A stretch of 64,000 nucleotides of DNA from the NCBI GenBank assembly GCA_012518735.1, contig JAAYRO010000060.1:23312-87311 (forward strand), read 5' to 3'. Below, one piece after another: positions 1 to 8,474 of the stretch (position 1 is its first letter; the number at the start of each line of letters is the position of its first letter). The notes below the pieces were generated by a model. It ran no database searches, had not been told where the DNA came from, and was given only the letters and a program-made list of their open reading frames with translations. The translations under genes were made by a program, and so were the position numbers. This stretch comes from Bacillota bacterium (GTDB lineage: Bacteria; Bacillota; Limnochordia; Darwinibacteriales; Darwinibacteriaceae).

Positions 1-448
1 ACCGTCTAAAGGAGGGAAAGGCAGTAAGTTAAAAGCAGCCAAGCCTAGATTGTACTGAACATTAATGAGGAAAAAAATAGATACACTGCGGGCAAGGGAC
101 AGATTGGGCATATAACCTGGTAAGAACCTTCCTAAATTGAAAAACACCCACGCCAGCAAAAAGTTGGCGAATGGACCAGCTAAGGAAACAATTAACGTTC
201 CTTTCCGTCTATCCTTAAAATAGCTGGAATTAATCATTACTGGTCGAGCCCAACCAAATCGAAATATTAAGAGCATCAAAGCCCCTATAGGATCTAAATG
301 CGCTAGTGGGTTTAGGGTTAAGCGTCCTTGATACTTAGGGGTAGGATCTCCCAATTTGTATGCAGCATATCCATGGGCAAATTCATGGAAGGAGATGGCT
401 AATAGTAATGCGGGAATTCCTAAGACGAGCTGTTCAATAGATAACATA
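1..448 (-). CDS. Peptidase M50 / site-2 protease family zinc metalloprotease, partial (3' end of gene lies beyond window start)
   Basis: Minus-strand translation from ATG at 448 (RBS ggagg 7 nt upstream) gives MLSIEQLVLGIPALLLAISFHEFAHGYAA...LNPLAHLDP...NLLPFPPLDG. The HExxH and LDG motifs are typical of the M50 family (SpoIVFB/RseP-like). The frame stays open to position 1. This ORF is below the length cutoff of the supplied track. Confidence 0.7.
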
Positions 449-534
449 AAGGCATGACTCCTCCCTGCAATCAACTCTCCGTTAATAATACCATAAAAAC
501 AACTTCCTTGCCAAATTCAACCTCTAAGTTTCTA

Positions 535-1503
535 TCATTCGCTGAATTTACCACATCTAGAACCCCAACATGCTAAGGGTGAATCATCGCGAGAAATCTG
601 CACAATCTCGCAGCGATTCGAACAGTCCGGACATTCAAAACTACTGCTCGTAAAATGACTATGGGCAATCTCTAATCCCCCAAACCGGGTAGTCTGTCCT
701 GACGATTCCAAATGTTCTTGAGCAAGCTTCGCCACTCCAACCGCACCCATTACATCAAAATAGGGCGGCACTTCAACTGGTAACTCCAGCGCTTCTTCAA
801 GAGCCCGCCGCATACCTGCATTAGCTGCTACACCGCCTTGAAACAAGACAATAGGATGAATGGCCTTACCTTTTGCAACATTACTCAAATAATTGCGGAC
901 CATAGCCAGACATAGACCGGCCAGAATGTCTGGTATGGCATGTCCCAACTGCTGTTTGTGAATCATGTCCGATTCGGCAAACACTGTGCATCGACCGGCA
1001 ATTCGCACTGGATTTTTACTCTGAAGAGCTAAAGGACCAAATTGATCAATTGGAATACTCAAACGGCTTGCCTGCTGATCGAGAAACGAGCCTGTGCCTG
1101 CTGCACAAACAGTATTCATGGCAAAATCCACAACAACACCATCACGCAAAACGATGATCTTTGAATCCTGCCCGCCGATCTCTACGACGGTTCTCACCTG
1201 AGCATTATGGAGCAGAGCAGCAATGGCATGAGCCGTAATCTCATTTTTGACAACATCTGCGCCTATAATGGTTCCAGCAAGTTCCCGCCCACTACCTGTG
1301 GCCCCCACTCCTAAGATATCCCATTGTCCTTGAGACTGTAATCGGGCCAAACCAGCCTGGAGCGTTTCAATAGGCGCCCCATTCGTCCGCAGATAGATCT
1401 TCTTAACTACTGACTCTGCCGGAAGACGTTTGGGATCAACTAAGACTAGATTTGTACTTACTGAACCTACATCAACGCCCAAATACACTTGGTGTTTAGC
1501 CAA
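535..1503 (-). CDS. CoA-substrate-specific enzyme activase (BadF/BadG/BcrA/BcrD / HgdC-type ATPase)
   Basis: 322 aa. N-terminal GVDVGSVSTNLVLVD acetate/sugar-kinase fold phosphate-1 motif, as in HgdC-type activases. C-terminal Cys-rich tail (CPDCSNRC...CWGSRCGKF). Overlaps the next gene by 8 nt. Confidence 0.7.
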   Translation of the reverse strand: MAKHQVYLGVDVGSVSTNLVLVDPKRLPAESVVKKIYLRTNGAPIETLQAGLARLQSQGQWDILGVGATGSGRELAGTIIGADVVKNEITAHAIAALLHNAQVRTVVEIGGQDSKIIVLRDGVVVDFAMNTVCAAGTGSFLDQQASRLSIPIDQFGPLALQSKNPVRIAGRCTVFAESDMIHKQQLGHAIPDILAGLCLAMVRNYLSNVAKGKAIHPIVLFQGGVAANAGMRRALEEALELPVEVPPYFDVMGAVGVAKLAQEHLESSGQTTRFGGLEIAHSHFTSSSFECPDCSNRCEIVQISRDDSPLACWGSRCGKFSE

Positions 1504-2608
1504 GAATCCTGCACCTTTCCCTTCTATGGAGGAGATCTACAAATGCCTCCAACCTCGTTTGAAACCCTGCCTCCCCTGTATGTTCATCCACCACAAGAGA
1601 CAAAACAGGAATATGTTTGTCTTCACTTATCTGGGGCAGTATGGCTTGTGCAACAATTTCTGGCATACATGTCATGGGCAAAATGTGAATTGCGCCTGCA
1701 TAATCTTTCTCCGCCAAGTCTACTGTTCTAGCTACAGTTTCTAAACCATGTCCCCCAACAAAACCCCTCAAATAACCTGCGGCCGACCGCCTTAAGGCCT
1801 GATCAATCCTCAATCCTATACCCTGCTTGAAAATATGGTTTTTTACCCAATCTACAAGGGAAATGGTGCGATAGACCTCTACCCCCAAATATCCCAATCG
1901 TTCCTCGATCTGCAAATTTACGAAAGGCTCAAGTACAGTGTAAATCTCTCCGACTAGACCTACACGGAGTACCTTTTCCTTTTCAGAAGTACTCATAAGT
2001 CCCTTTACAGCATGCACACTTTCTTCTCTAAACTTTCCCACTGCTGACAGCGATTGAGCTTTTTTGATCTGCTGAAAGGCCTGTTTTAGCAGCCTGGACG
2101 TTGAACCGAACTCCCGCTCTCGTGGGCGAACTACCAATGCAAGCAGTTCTAACTCCTCACATGCGTTGAGTTTAGCCCAAGCCAAAAGACAACCTCCTGC
2201 GAATCTCTTAAGATTAGTCTTTTCGAACAGCTTTCCTAATTGGGGCCAAAAATTAGGATTGTTACCCCTAGGCGGCTCTATAGTAATAAACTCGACCTTT
2301 TTACCAAGATCTTCAAGAATTCCCTTATGAACCTCACCGTAATAGCCCAGACGACATGGTCCTGTTCCTCCCGCCATTAAGACACAGTCAGCACCTAGAT
2401 CAATCCCCTCGATTAAGTTTCCCACAATGATCTTGAACGGTAAACACGTAGTATCGGGACTGTATTTCGTTCCTAGATCCAGTGTTCTTTTGGTATCCAT
2501 AGGAGGAACGACAACGTCGTGACCCATTCCTTGTACCAGAGACTCAATGGGTATGTATATGTTTCCCATGTGAGGAAAGGTCACTTTCATGTAATCGTCT
2601 CCTCTCAA
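1496..2608 (-). CDS. Activase-associated protein, DUF2229-like (acyl-CoA dehydratase activase-related), paralog 1
   Basis: 370 aa. The C-terminal motif VVDEHTGEAGFQTRLEAFVDLL is shared with the downstream paralog and recalls the DUF2229 C-terminus. The true start may be an internal Met (about 2590 or 2569). Confidence 0.5.
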   Translation of the reverse strand: MRGDDYMKVTFPHMGNIYIPIESLVQGMGHDVVVPPMDTKRTLDLGTKYSPDTTCLPFKIIVGNLIEGIDLGADCVLMAGGTGPCRLGYYGEVHKGILEDLGKKVEFITIEPPRGNNPNFWPQLGKLFEKTNLKRFAGGCLLAWAKLNACEELELLALVVRPREREFGSTSRLLKQAFQQIKKAQSLSAVGKFREESVHAVKGLMSTSEKEKVLRVGLVGEIYTVLEPFVNLQIEERLGYLGVEVYRTISLVDWVKNHIFKQGIGLRIDQALRRSAAGYLRGFVGGHGLETVARTVDLAEKDYAGAIHILPMTCMPEIVAQAILPQISEDKHIPVLSLVVDEHTGEAGFQTRLEAFVDLLHRRERCRILG

Positions 2609-3500
2609 GTAGATCTAGAAACGCTTCAAGACGTGTAATCATCCCTACCTCCCCTGTATGTTCATCAAGGTTAATCATAAGGTTAGGTAAATTCCCAAGC
2701 CGAGCCTTGCGGTCGATCAGTTCACCTACAAGGGAATCAGCCCCGCATGCGAAAGCAGCTAGTGTCACAATACCGTCTAAATTTTCCCATAAGTGTTCTA
2801 ATGCACCGACTGCGTTTCGTCCTGAAGTCCAAAACATTCTTTTTGGTAGTATACTGCTCGCTTTCATTATGTCCTTTTCTGAAACCTGGGCTGCAGTAAA
2901 CACATTCACGCCCGCTGATTCTAGTCTTTTTTTTATATCAATACTGATAAAAGGGTCGTCCACTAAGTAACGCTGCCCTATAAGGAGTATATTTAGCCGT
3001 TCTAAAGGTACACTATTAGGTTCTATATACAGCGATTCGTCGTAACGTCTTTGAGCTTGGAAAGCCCGTTCTAGAGCAGACTGTACCTCCCTTTTTGAAC
3101 CGAATTCTAGACCAAATCTTAGATAGCTCTGAACCAACGCCTTAGTGCCCTTCTTACCATTAATAACAGGGGACACCAAAGTTACTGATGGGGGAACTTG
3201 TTTATTTACAATATCGGGAAGACCCATGGAGTTGGGACAAAGGTATTCTAACCGGGCAACACTAATGATTTGGGGAACAAAAATCAATTGGATACCACTC
3301 TCAACCAACGCTCGCACATGTCCTAAATATGTCTTAAGAGGCAGACAGGCGCCATCGACAGAATGAGCTATTCCCCAATTGAGAATCTGCTTGTTTGTCA
3401 CAGGTGAAACCACTGTCTCAAAACCTAACTCCCTTAGGAATGTGGTCCAAAGGGGAAAGTACTGGAAATACTGGAGAGCCCTAGGAATCCCAATTCGCAT
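2544..3500 (-). CDS. Activase-associated protein, DUF2229-like, paralog 2
   Basis: 318 aa. C-terminal NLDEHTGEVGMITRLEAFLDLL motif and a TCLPFK/ACLPLK-like motif shared with paralog 1. Tandem with the activase gene. Confidence 0.5.
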   Translation of the reverse strand: MRIGIPRALQYFQYFPLWTTFLRELGFETVVSPVTNKQILNWGIAHSVDGACLPLKTYLGHVRALVESGIQLIFVPQIISVARLEYLCPNSMGLPDIVNKQVPPSVTLVSPVINGKKGTKALVQSYLRFGLEFGSKREVQSALERAFQAQRRYDESLYIEPNSVPLERLNILLIGQRYLVDDPFISIDIKKRLESAGVNVFTAAQVSEKDIMKASSILPKRMFWTSGRNAVGALEHLWENLDGIVTLAAFACGADSLVGELIDRKARLGNLPNLMINLDEHTGEVGMITRLEAFLDLLERRRLHESDLSSHGKHIHTH

Positions 3501-3518
3501 GAATTAGCACAACCTCCT

Positions 3519-4988
3519 CTACTTTTTCTCTCTTGGCATCGCGCGAATGTCTTTTGGTTTTGTCATACGAGGCCGTACTGCAACTTGAGGAATGGGGTAA
3601 CGAAAGATGATACGGAGTAGAGCCGGCCAATCAAGAGGGATAAGGGGCCATAGATACGGTACCCCAAATGATCGCGTTAAGCCAAAGATCAGCAGTGTAA
3701 TCAGTGACGTCACTCCCAATCCCAGCCAACCGAAGAGGGCAGAACCGAAAAACAGGAAAAATCGAAACAGCCTTATTGCAAGGGAAAACTCCAAACTCGG
3801 TGTGGCAAACGTCCCAATGGCAACCACCGCAGTGTATAGTATGGCTTCTCCCGTAAAAAGCCCTATTGATACAGCCAAATCCCCCAACAATGTGGCACCG
3901 ACCAGCCCTAAGGAAGTTGCTAATGCATTAGGTGTGTGAATTAAGGCCATCCGGATTATGTCCAGTCCTATTTCTAATAGGACGAACTGGAGCCATAACG
4001 GAACCCGACCTGCTTCACGCGGTCCTACAAACTCGAGCCATGATGGTAAATTAGTACTCTCAGCAAGGATGTACCAGATTGGGATGAGAACTAAAGATAG
4101 GAAAATCCCAAGGGTACGTACCCACCGAAGATATGTACCGATGGGGGGATTTTGAAAATACTCCTCAGCATGCTGTGTAAAATGCCAAGCTGTTACAGGT
4201 ACGATGAGTGCGAAAGGCGTTGTATCTACGAGAATAACCACATGACCTTCATACAGATGAGCAGCAGCCACATCCGGTCGTTCCGTATAGCGAGTAACCG
4301 GCAGAGGATTAATACTGGTACCGAGAATGTACTCCTCCAAGTTTTTTCCACCCATGGGAATAGCGTCTCGATCAATTCGTTCAATTCGCTTTTTCACTTC
4401 TTGTATCAAACTGGGATCAGCAATATCGGCAATATAACCTACCAGAACATCTGTTCTGGAACGGCGTCCAACCTGAAGAGCTTCAAAACGCAGCATAGGG
4501 TCTCGAATACGCCGCCGAATAAGGTTAACATTAAAAAGTGCAGTTTCCACAAATCCTTCTCGAGAGCCTCGCGTAACTCGTTCCAGATCTGGCTCTTCAA
4601 TCCCTCGAACAGGATATTGACGAACATCCAGTACAAATACGGTACATACTCCGTCAATTAACAGCAGCATGGTTCCAGAAAGCACTTGAACCATGGCATC
4701 CTGCAGATCATCAGCTGTACTGATTTCATAGAAAGGTAAGTAGTCGTGGAGCAGATGCTCCAGTGCATTAACTGTTAAGCCGCCTCTAGGAATACGCATC
4801 AAGCTCTTCATTATCTCAATCACGGCATAATCATTGACAAAACCATCTAGAAAAATCAAGGCCCCCTTTTTATGGGCTGCTTGAATAGTCCGGACAATCA
4901 GATCAAAGGTGGTCTTGTAGCCGAGCTTGTCCTTGAGAATCTGAAGATTTTCATCTAATCTCCTCTTTACTGAATACTGCTCCTCCAT
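3519..4988 (-). CDS. Spore germination protein, GerA family A-subunit (GerAA/SpoVAF-like)
   Basis: 489 aa. Soluble N-terminal domain and C-terminal multi-TM region typical of GerA-family A subunits. No B or C subunit genes are adjacent. Confidence 0.6.
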   Translation of the reverse strand: MEEQYSVKRRLDENLQILKDKLGYKTTFDLIVRTIQAAHKKGALIFLDGFVNDYAVIEIMKSLMRIPRGGLTVNALEHLLHDYLPFYEISTADDLQDAMVQVLSGTMLLLIDGVCTVFVLDVRQYPVRGIEEPDLERVTRGSREGFVETALFNVNLIRRRIRDPMLRFEALQVGRRSRTDVLVGYIADIADPSLIQEVKKRIERIDRDAIPMGGKNLEEYILGTSINPLPVTRYTERPDVAAAHLYEGHVVILVDTTPFALIVPVTAWHFTQHAEEYFQNPPIGTYLRWVRTLGIFLSLVLIPIWYILAESTNLPSWLEFVGPREAGRVPLWLQFVLLEIGLDIIRMALIHTPNALATSLGLVGATLLGDLAVSIGLFTGEAILYTAVVAIGTFATPSLEFSLAIRLFRFFLFFGSALFGWLGLGVTSLITLLIFGLTRSFGVPYLWPLIPLDWPALLRIIFRYPIPQVAVRPRMTKPKDIRAMPREKK

Positions 4989-5065
4989 CCTACCATCTCC
5001 TAATGGGCATAAATAAGCGCCCTCTACACAAAAAAAGAGCGCTCAGGTGAATTTGGTTACGACAA

Positions 5066-5398
5066 TCACCGAATCGTAGTAGGTACAAACATATCAATAA
5101 TCCCCACTGCAAATGCAGCCAGTAAGGCTCCCATGATCGAAACGGACATCCCTGGTACTATAAACTGTGCCACCCAGATCACAATAGCTGAAACCAGGAA
5201 TCCAACAATGCCACGACCATACGGAGATGTGTTCGTTCCAAATACACTTTCTACAACCCAACCAATTGCGGCAATAGCAATTGCAGCAAGCAGCGCGTGA
5301 AAGAAAGTCAACGCCTTAAATCCCGGTATAACATAGCCAACGAGCATTAATACAAGAGCCGAGACAACAAAACGTACTACAGCACCTAACCAATCCAT
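5066..5398 (-). CDS. YvlD-like 4-TM membrane protein (phage holin 4 superfamily, PF04020-like)
   Basis: 110 aa, four predicted TM helices, resembles YvlD/holin-4 family proteins. Confidence 0.5.
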   Translation of the reverse strand: MDWLGAVVRFVVSALVLMLVGYVIPGFKALTFFHALLAAIAIAAIGWVVESVFGTNTSPYGRGIVGFLVSAIVIWVAQFIVPGMSVSIMGALLAAFAVGIIDMFVPTTIR

Positions 5399-5440
5399 TC
5401 AGGTCACCCCACTTCGAGATTTTCATGTTTCTAGTATAGC

Positions 5441-5470
5441 CAAAAATCGGCCCGGTTATCCCGAGCCGAT
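5441..5470 (-). terminator. Rho-independent terminator downstream of dodecin gene
   Basis: Inverted repeat atcggcccgg / ccgagccgat, followed by a T-run on the minus strand. Confidence 0.4.
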
Positions 5471-5484
5471 TTCTTATAAGAAAA

Positions 5485-5691
5485 TCAATTCTCAACTTGA
5501 AAGGCAATCTGCACATCAGCCTTGTATCCTACAATGTCGCCCTGCTCATTCACATTTCCCGTCCAGTTAAGAACTTCAACTCCCGTTATCCCGCGAATAG
5601 TCTTGGCAGCTTCTTTCACAGCCATCTGAACAGCGTCTTCCCAGTTCTTGTCTGAGTGACCAACGAGCTCAATAACCTTAAATACGCCCAT
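5485..5691 (-). CDS. Dodecin family flavin-binding protein
   Basis: MGVFKVIELVGHSDKNWEDAVQ... is a dodecin-like sequence. Start chosen at the ATG with aaggagg RBS 7 nt upstream. The track ORF extends 17 codons further without an RBS. Confidence 0.6.
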   Translation of the reverse strand: MGVFKVIELVGHSDKNWEDAVQMAVKEAAKTIRGITGVEVLNWTGNVNEQGDIVGYKADVQIAFQVEN

Positions 5692-5734
5692 GGCTTCCTC
5701 CTTTTTACCCATAGCATTCCCGGAAAAACTGGTT

Positions 5735-6673
5735 CTAGCCAAGTACTTCTTTGGCGACCCTTAAGAAGTTGTGACCCATCACTTTTTCCACAACATCTTC
5801 TGATAAGCCCCGCTTCTTAAGCTCATCATACAGTACATACGTTTGAGAGCAATTCTCTAAACCTATAGGAGTTTGGCTGATGCCATCAAAATCTGACCCA
5901 AGTCCTACACATTGGACACCGCCTACGTCAATTAAGTACATTATCTGATTAATCACATCATCCACAGCTGCCTGTCGGTCCTTACTGAGAAAAGCAGAGC
6001 AGAAATTTACGCCTATCACTCCGCCCATTTCAGCCATGGCCTTAATCTGATCGTCCGTTAGATTTCGCCGATGATTACATAACTCCCGTGCATTGGAGTG
6101 GGAGGCAATAACAGGCTTAGAGGTTATACGTAAAACATCCCAAAAACTTGGTTCATTAAGATGAGACACATCCACTAACATTCCTAAGTGATTCATCTCA
6201 TTTATTACCTCGCAGCCAAAAGAACTCAACCCTCCACAGTCATCCCCTTCCATCTGACCGCTAGCAATAGCATTTCGATAGTTCCAGGTTAAGGTTATTA
6301 CTCGCACCCCTAAACGGTACAGATTCCGTAGATGGCCCAACTTGCCTTCTAAGACTTCCCCACCTTCAACTGCTAATAAACAGGCAATCCTGCCCTCTTG
6401 GTAAAGCTCGTCAATACTCGTACCAGAACCAGCGAAACCTAAGTAATCCGAATAATCTTCTATAGTATTCCAAAACAAATCAATCATCTCTAGACCTCGA
6501 TGTAGAGCCATCCCTTGGTAAAATACAGGATCAACAAATACTGCAAAAACTTGGGCAGATATATGACCATTACGAAGCCAATCAAGACAAACATGACCCG
6601 ATTGGTCCTCTAGAGTTTCTCCACTGCTGTGTAATCGAGACAGAGTATCTACATGGGCATCAAAGATGAACAT
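5735..6673 (-). CDS. Membrane dipeptidase (peptidase family M19)
   Basis: DAHVDT, HSNAR and GSDFDG motifs of renal-dipeptidase-family metallopeptidases. Confidence 0.75.
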   Translation of the reverse strand: MFIFDAHVDTLSRLHSSGETLEDQSGHVCLDWLRNGHISAQVFAVFVDPVFYQGMALHRGLEMIDLFWNTIEDYSDYLGFAGSGTSIDELYQEGRIACLLAVEGGEVLEGKLGHLRNLYRLGVRVITLTWNYRNAIASGQMEGDDCGGLSSFGCEVINEMNHLGMLVDVSHLNEPSFWDVLRITSKPVIASHSNARELCNHRRNLTDDQIKAMAEMGGVIGVNFCSAFLSKDRQAAVDDVINQIMYLIDVGGVQCVGLGSDFDGISQTPIGLENCSQTYVLYDELKKRGLSEDVVEKVMGHNFLRVAKEVLG

Positions 6674-6752
6674 ATAACAAGCCTCCTATTCAAAAAGTAC
6701 CTCAACAAATAAAAAAAGCCCACTTGGAAATCCAAGCAGGCTAGGATTCAAT

Positions 6753-7013
6753 TTACCGAGGTTCAACAATAAACTTAATCGCCGTTCGTTCTTCGTTATC
6801 AATCATTACATCAGTAAATGCCGGAATACAGATAAGGTCAACACCGCTGGGCGCCACAAATCCACGAGCGATAGCTATCGCCTTAACCGCTTGGTTAATA
6901 GCACCTGCACCAATTGCCTGGACCTCAGCCTTTCCCCGTTCTCGCAGCACCCCCGCCAGCGCCCCCGCTACTGCATTGGGAACAGATTTTGCTGAAACCT
7001 TTAATACATCCAT
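6753..7013 (-). CDS. spoVS: Stage V sporulation protein S
   Basis: 86-aa product MDVLKVSAKSVPNAVAGALAGVLRERGKAEVQAIGAGAINQAVKAIAIARGF... closely matches SpoVS. Internal Met chosen; the track ORF is N-terminally extended. Confidence 0.8.
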   Translation of the reverse strand: MDVLKVSAKSVPNAVAGALAGVLRERGKAEVQAIGAGAINQAVKAIAIARGFVAPSGVDLICIPAFTDVMIDNEERTAIKFIVEPR

Positions 7014-7102
7014 GTTAGTGACCTCCTTTGGTAAAAACATTACACCTTGTAATACTGCTGTTAATAAATACATATTAGATATCTTCTGAGAAATACCTCT
7101 TT

Positions 7103-7885
7103 TTATGTAACATTTTTGTCACGTTTTACCCTAAAAATGTCAACAGCCTTACCATTTGGGGCCAATTTAACAACTGCACCGTTTAGCTGGGCTGGTCCTT
7201 TCGCCACAGAAAACCTCGCTGGCAGTTGGGTTAAAAACTTATTAATCACCACGGTTCTCTCTACTCCCAAAATCCCATCAGTAGGACCACACATCCCCAA
7301 ATCGGTTAGATACGCTGTACCATTGGGTAGAATCCGCTCATCCGCTGTTGGAACATGGGTATGAGTGCCAACAACCGCACTAACACGCCCATCAAGATAC
7401 CAGCCTAGGGCTATTTTTTCTGATGTAGCCTCTCCGTGAAAATCAACGATAACGTGGGTAACTTCACTTGGAAGATTGGCAAGAATACGATCAGCTTCTC
7501 GGAAAGGACAATCGTAATCGCCTGTAAACACTCGGCCAATCAGGTTAACTACAGCTATGAAACCTTTGGCGGTCCCATGGATATACACGGAAGCACCAGG
7601 AACATCAGGTGGATAGTTTGCAGGGCGAAGAATACGAGGCTCTTCCCCAATATAATCGTACATTTCCTTCTGATCCCAGATGTGGTTACCACTCGTGAGA
7701 ACATCTATTCCCATCTCGAAAAGCTGGGTAGCAATCTTCCGCGTTAATCCAAAGCCTCCCGCCGCGTTTTCTCCATTAGCAATAATTAAGTCAGGCTCAA
7801 ACTCTTCTCGGAGTTCTGGAAGGTACTCAGCCACAATTCGCCGCCCAGGTCTCCCAAAAATATCGCCTAATATCAATACATTCAC
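7103..7885 (-). CDS. ymdB: YmdB-like 2',3'-cyclic-nucleotide phosphodiesterase (TIGR00282 metallophosphoesterase)
   Basis: 260 aa, GDIFGRPGRR...GNH...GTHTHV metallophosphoesterase motifs. GTG start overlaps the stop of the upstream gene (GTGA). Conserved position downstream of rny and upstream of spoVS. Confidence 0.8.
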   Translation of the reverse strand: MNVLILGDIFGRPGRRIVAEYLPELREEFEPDLIIANGENAAGGFGLTRKIATQLFEMGIDVLTSGNHIWDQKEMYDYIGEEPRILRPANYPPDVPGASVYIHGTAKGFIAVVNLIGRVFTGDYDCPFREADRILANLPSEVTHVIVDFHGEATSEKIALGWYLDGRVSAVVGTHTHVPTADERILPNGTAYLTDLGMCGPTDGILGVERTVVINKFLTQLPARFSVAKGPAQLNGAVVKLAPNGKAVDIFRVKRDKNVT

Positions 7886-8424
7886 GACTTACTCACTCCA
7901 GCTTTTGGAATGCTGAACACCAACACTCTGCCACTCTCTCGAAATCCGGTCAAACGCTCATTGCCTGTCAACGGCCCGGAGGACAGCATAGACTCTATCA
8001 CAGCATCCTGATCTTCCTTATCTTCTTCACTCACATCAGAGCCTTCCCTAACAAGAGACTCACTGAAGAAATCTGACACCAGCTGAATGATAAGGCTGAT
8101 CTCTTCCCTTGACAAGCTAAACAAATCTCGCCGTATCTCTAACATATCCAGTTCACCATTATCTACAAATTGAAGAGTGGCAGTAGATACTGGTTCTTGT
8201 TTCAGAGTATGAAATGCAGCAAGATGAGATTCGAACCATTTACCAAAGGTTTTCAGATTATCAGAACGGACCCCCTTGAGCAAAAACACGAGTCGCAGTA
8301 CTTGGTCTAGAGGATCATAATGAACTGTACCGATCTCTGGAAACCGAACCAGTAATGAAATCAGCAGACTCACTTGGTCTGTACTGTAATCTACAGTATC
8401 ATAATCAGTTGAATGGTAGTTCAC
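7882..8424 (-). CDS. Hypothetical acidic protein (no recognisable domain)
   Basis: 180 aa. GTG start with gggggg RBS 6 nt upstream. 4-nt overlap with ymdB start. Sits between rny and ymdB. Confidence 0.5.
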   Translation of the reverse strand: MNYHSTDYDTVDYSTDQVSLLISLLVRFPEIGTVHYDPLDQVLRLVFLLKGVRSDNLKTFGKWFESHLAAFHTLKQEPVSTATLQFVDNGELDMLEIRRDLFSLSREEISLIIQLVSDFFSESLVREGSDVSEEDKEDQDAVIESMLSSGPLTGNERLTGFRESGRVLVFSIPKAGVSKS

Positions 8425-8446
8425 TCATAATCCCCCCTACATCTGA

Positions 8447-8472
8447 TGAAAAAACCAGGCATAGCTGCCTGG
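8447..8472 (-). terminator. Rho-independent terminator immediately downstream of rny
   Basis: ccaggca-tagc-tgcctgg hairpin, followed by TTTTTT on the minus strand. Confidence 0.5.
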
Positions 8473-8474
8473 TT

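Noticed and set aside
5316-5516. 66-aa minus-strand ORF between the YvlD-like and dodecin genes
   Set aside because: It overlaps both neighbouring CDSs and the dodecin terminator hairpin. No RBS is present.
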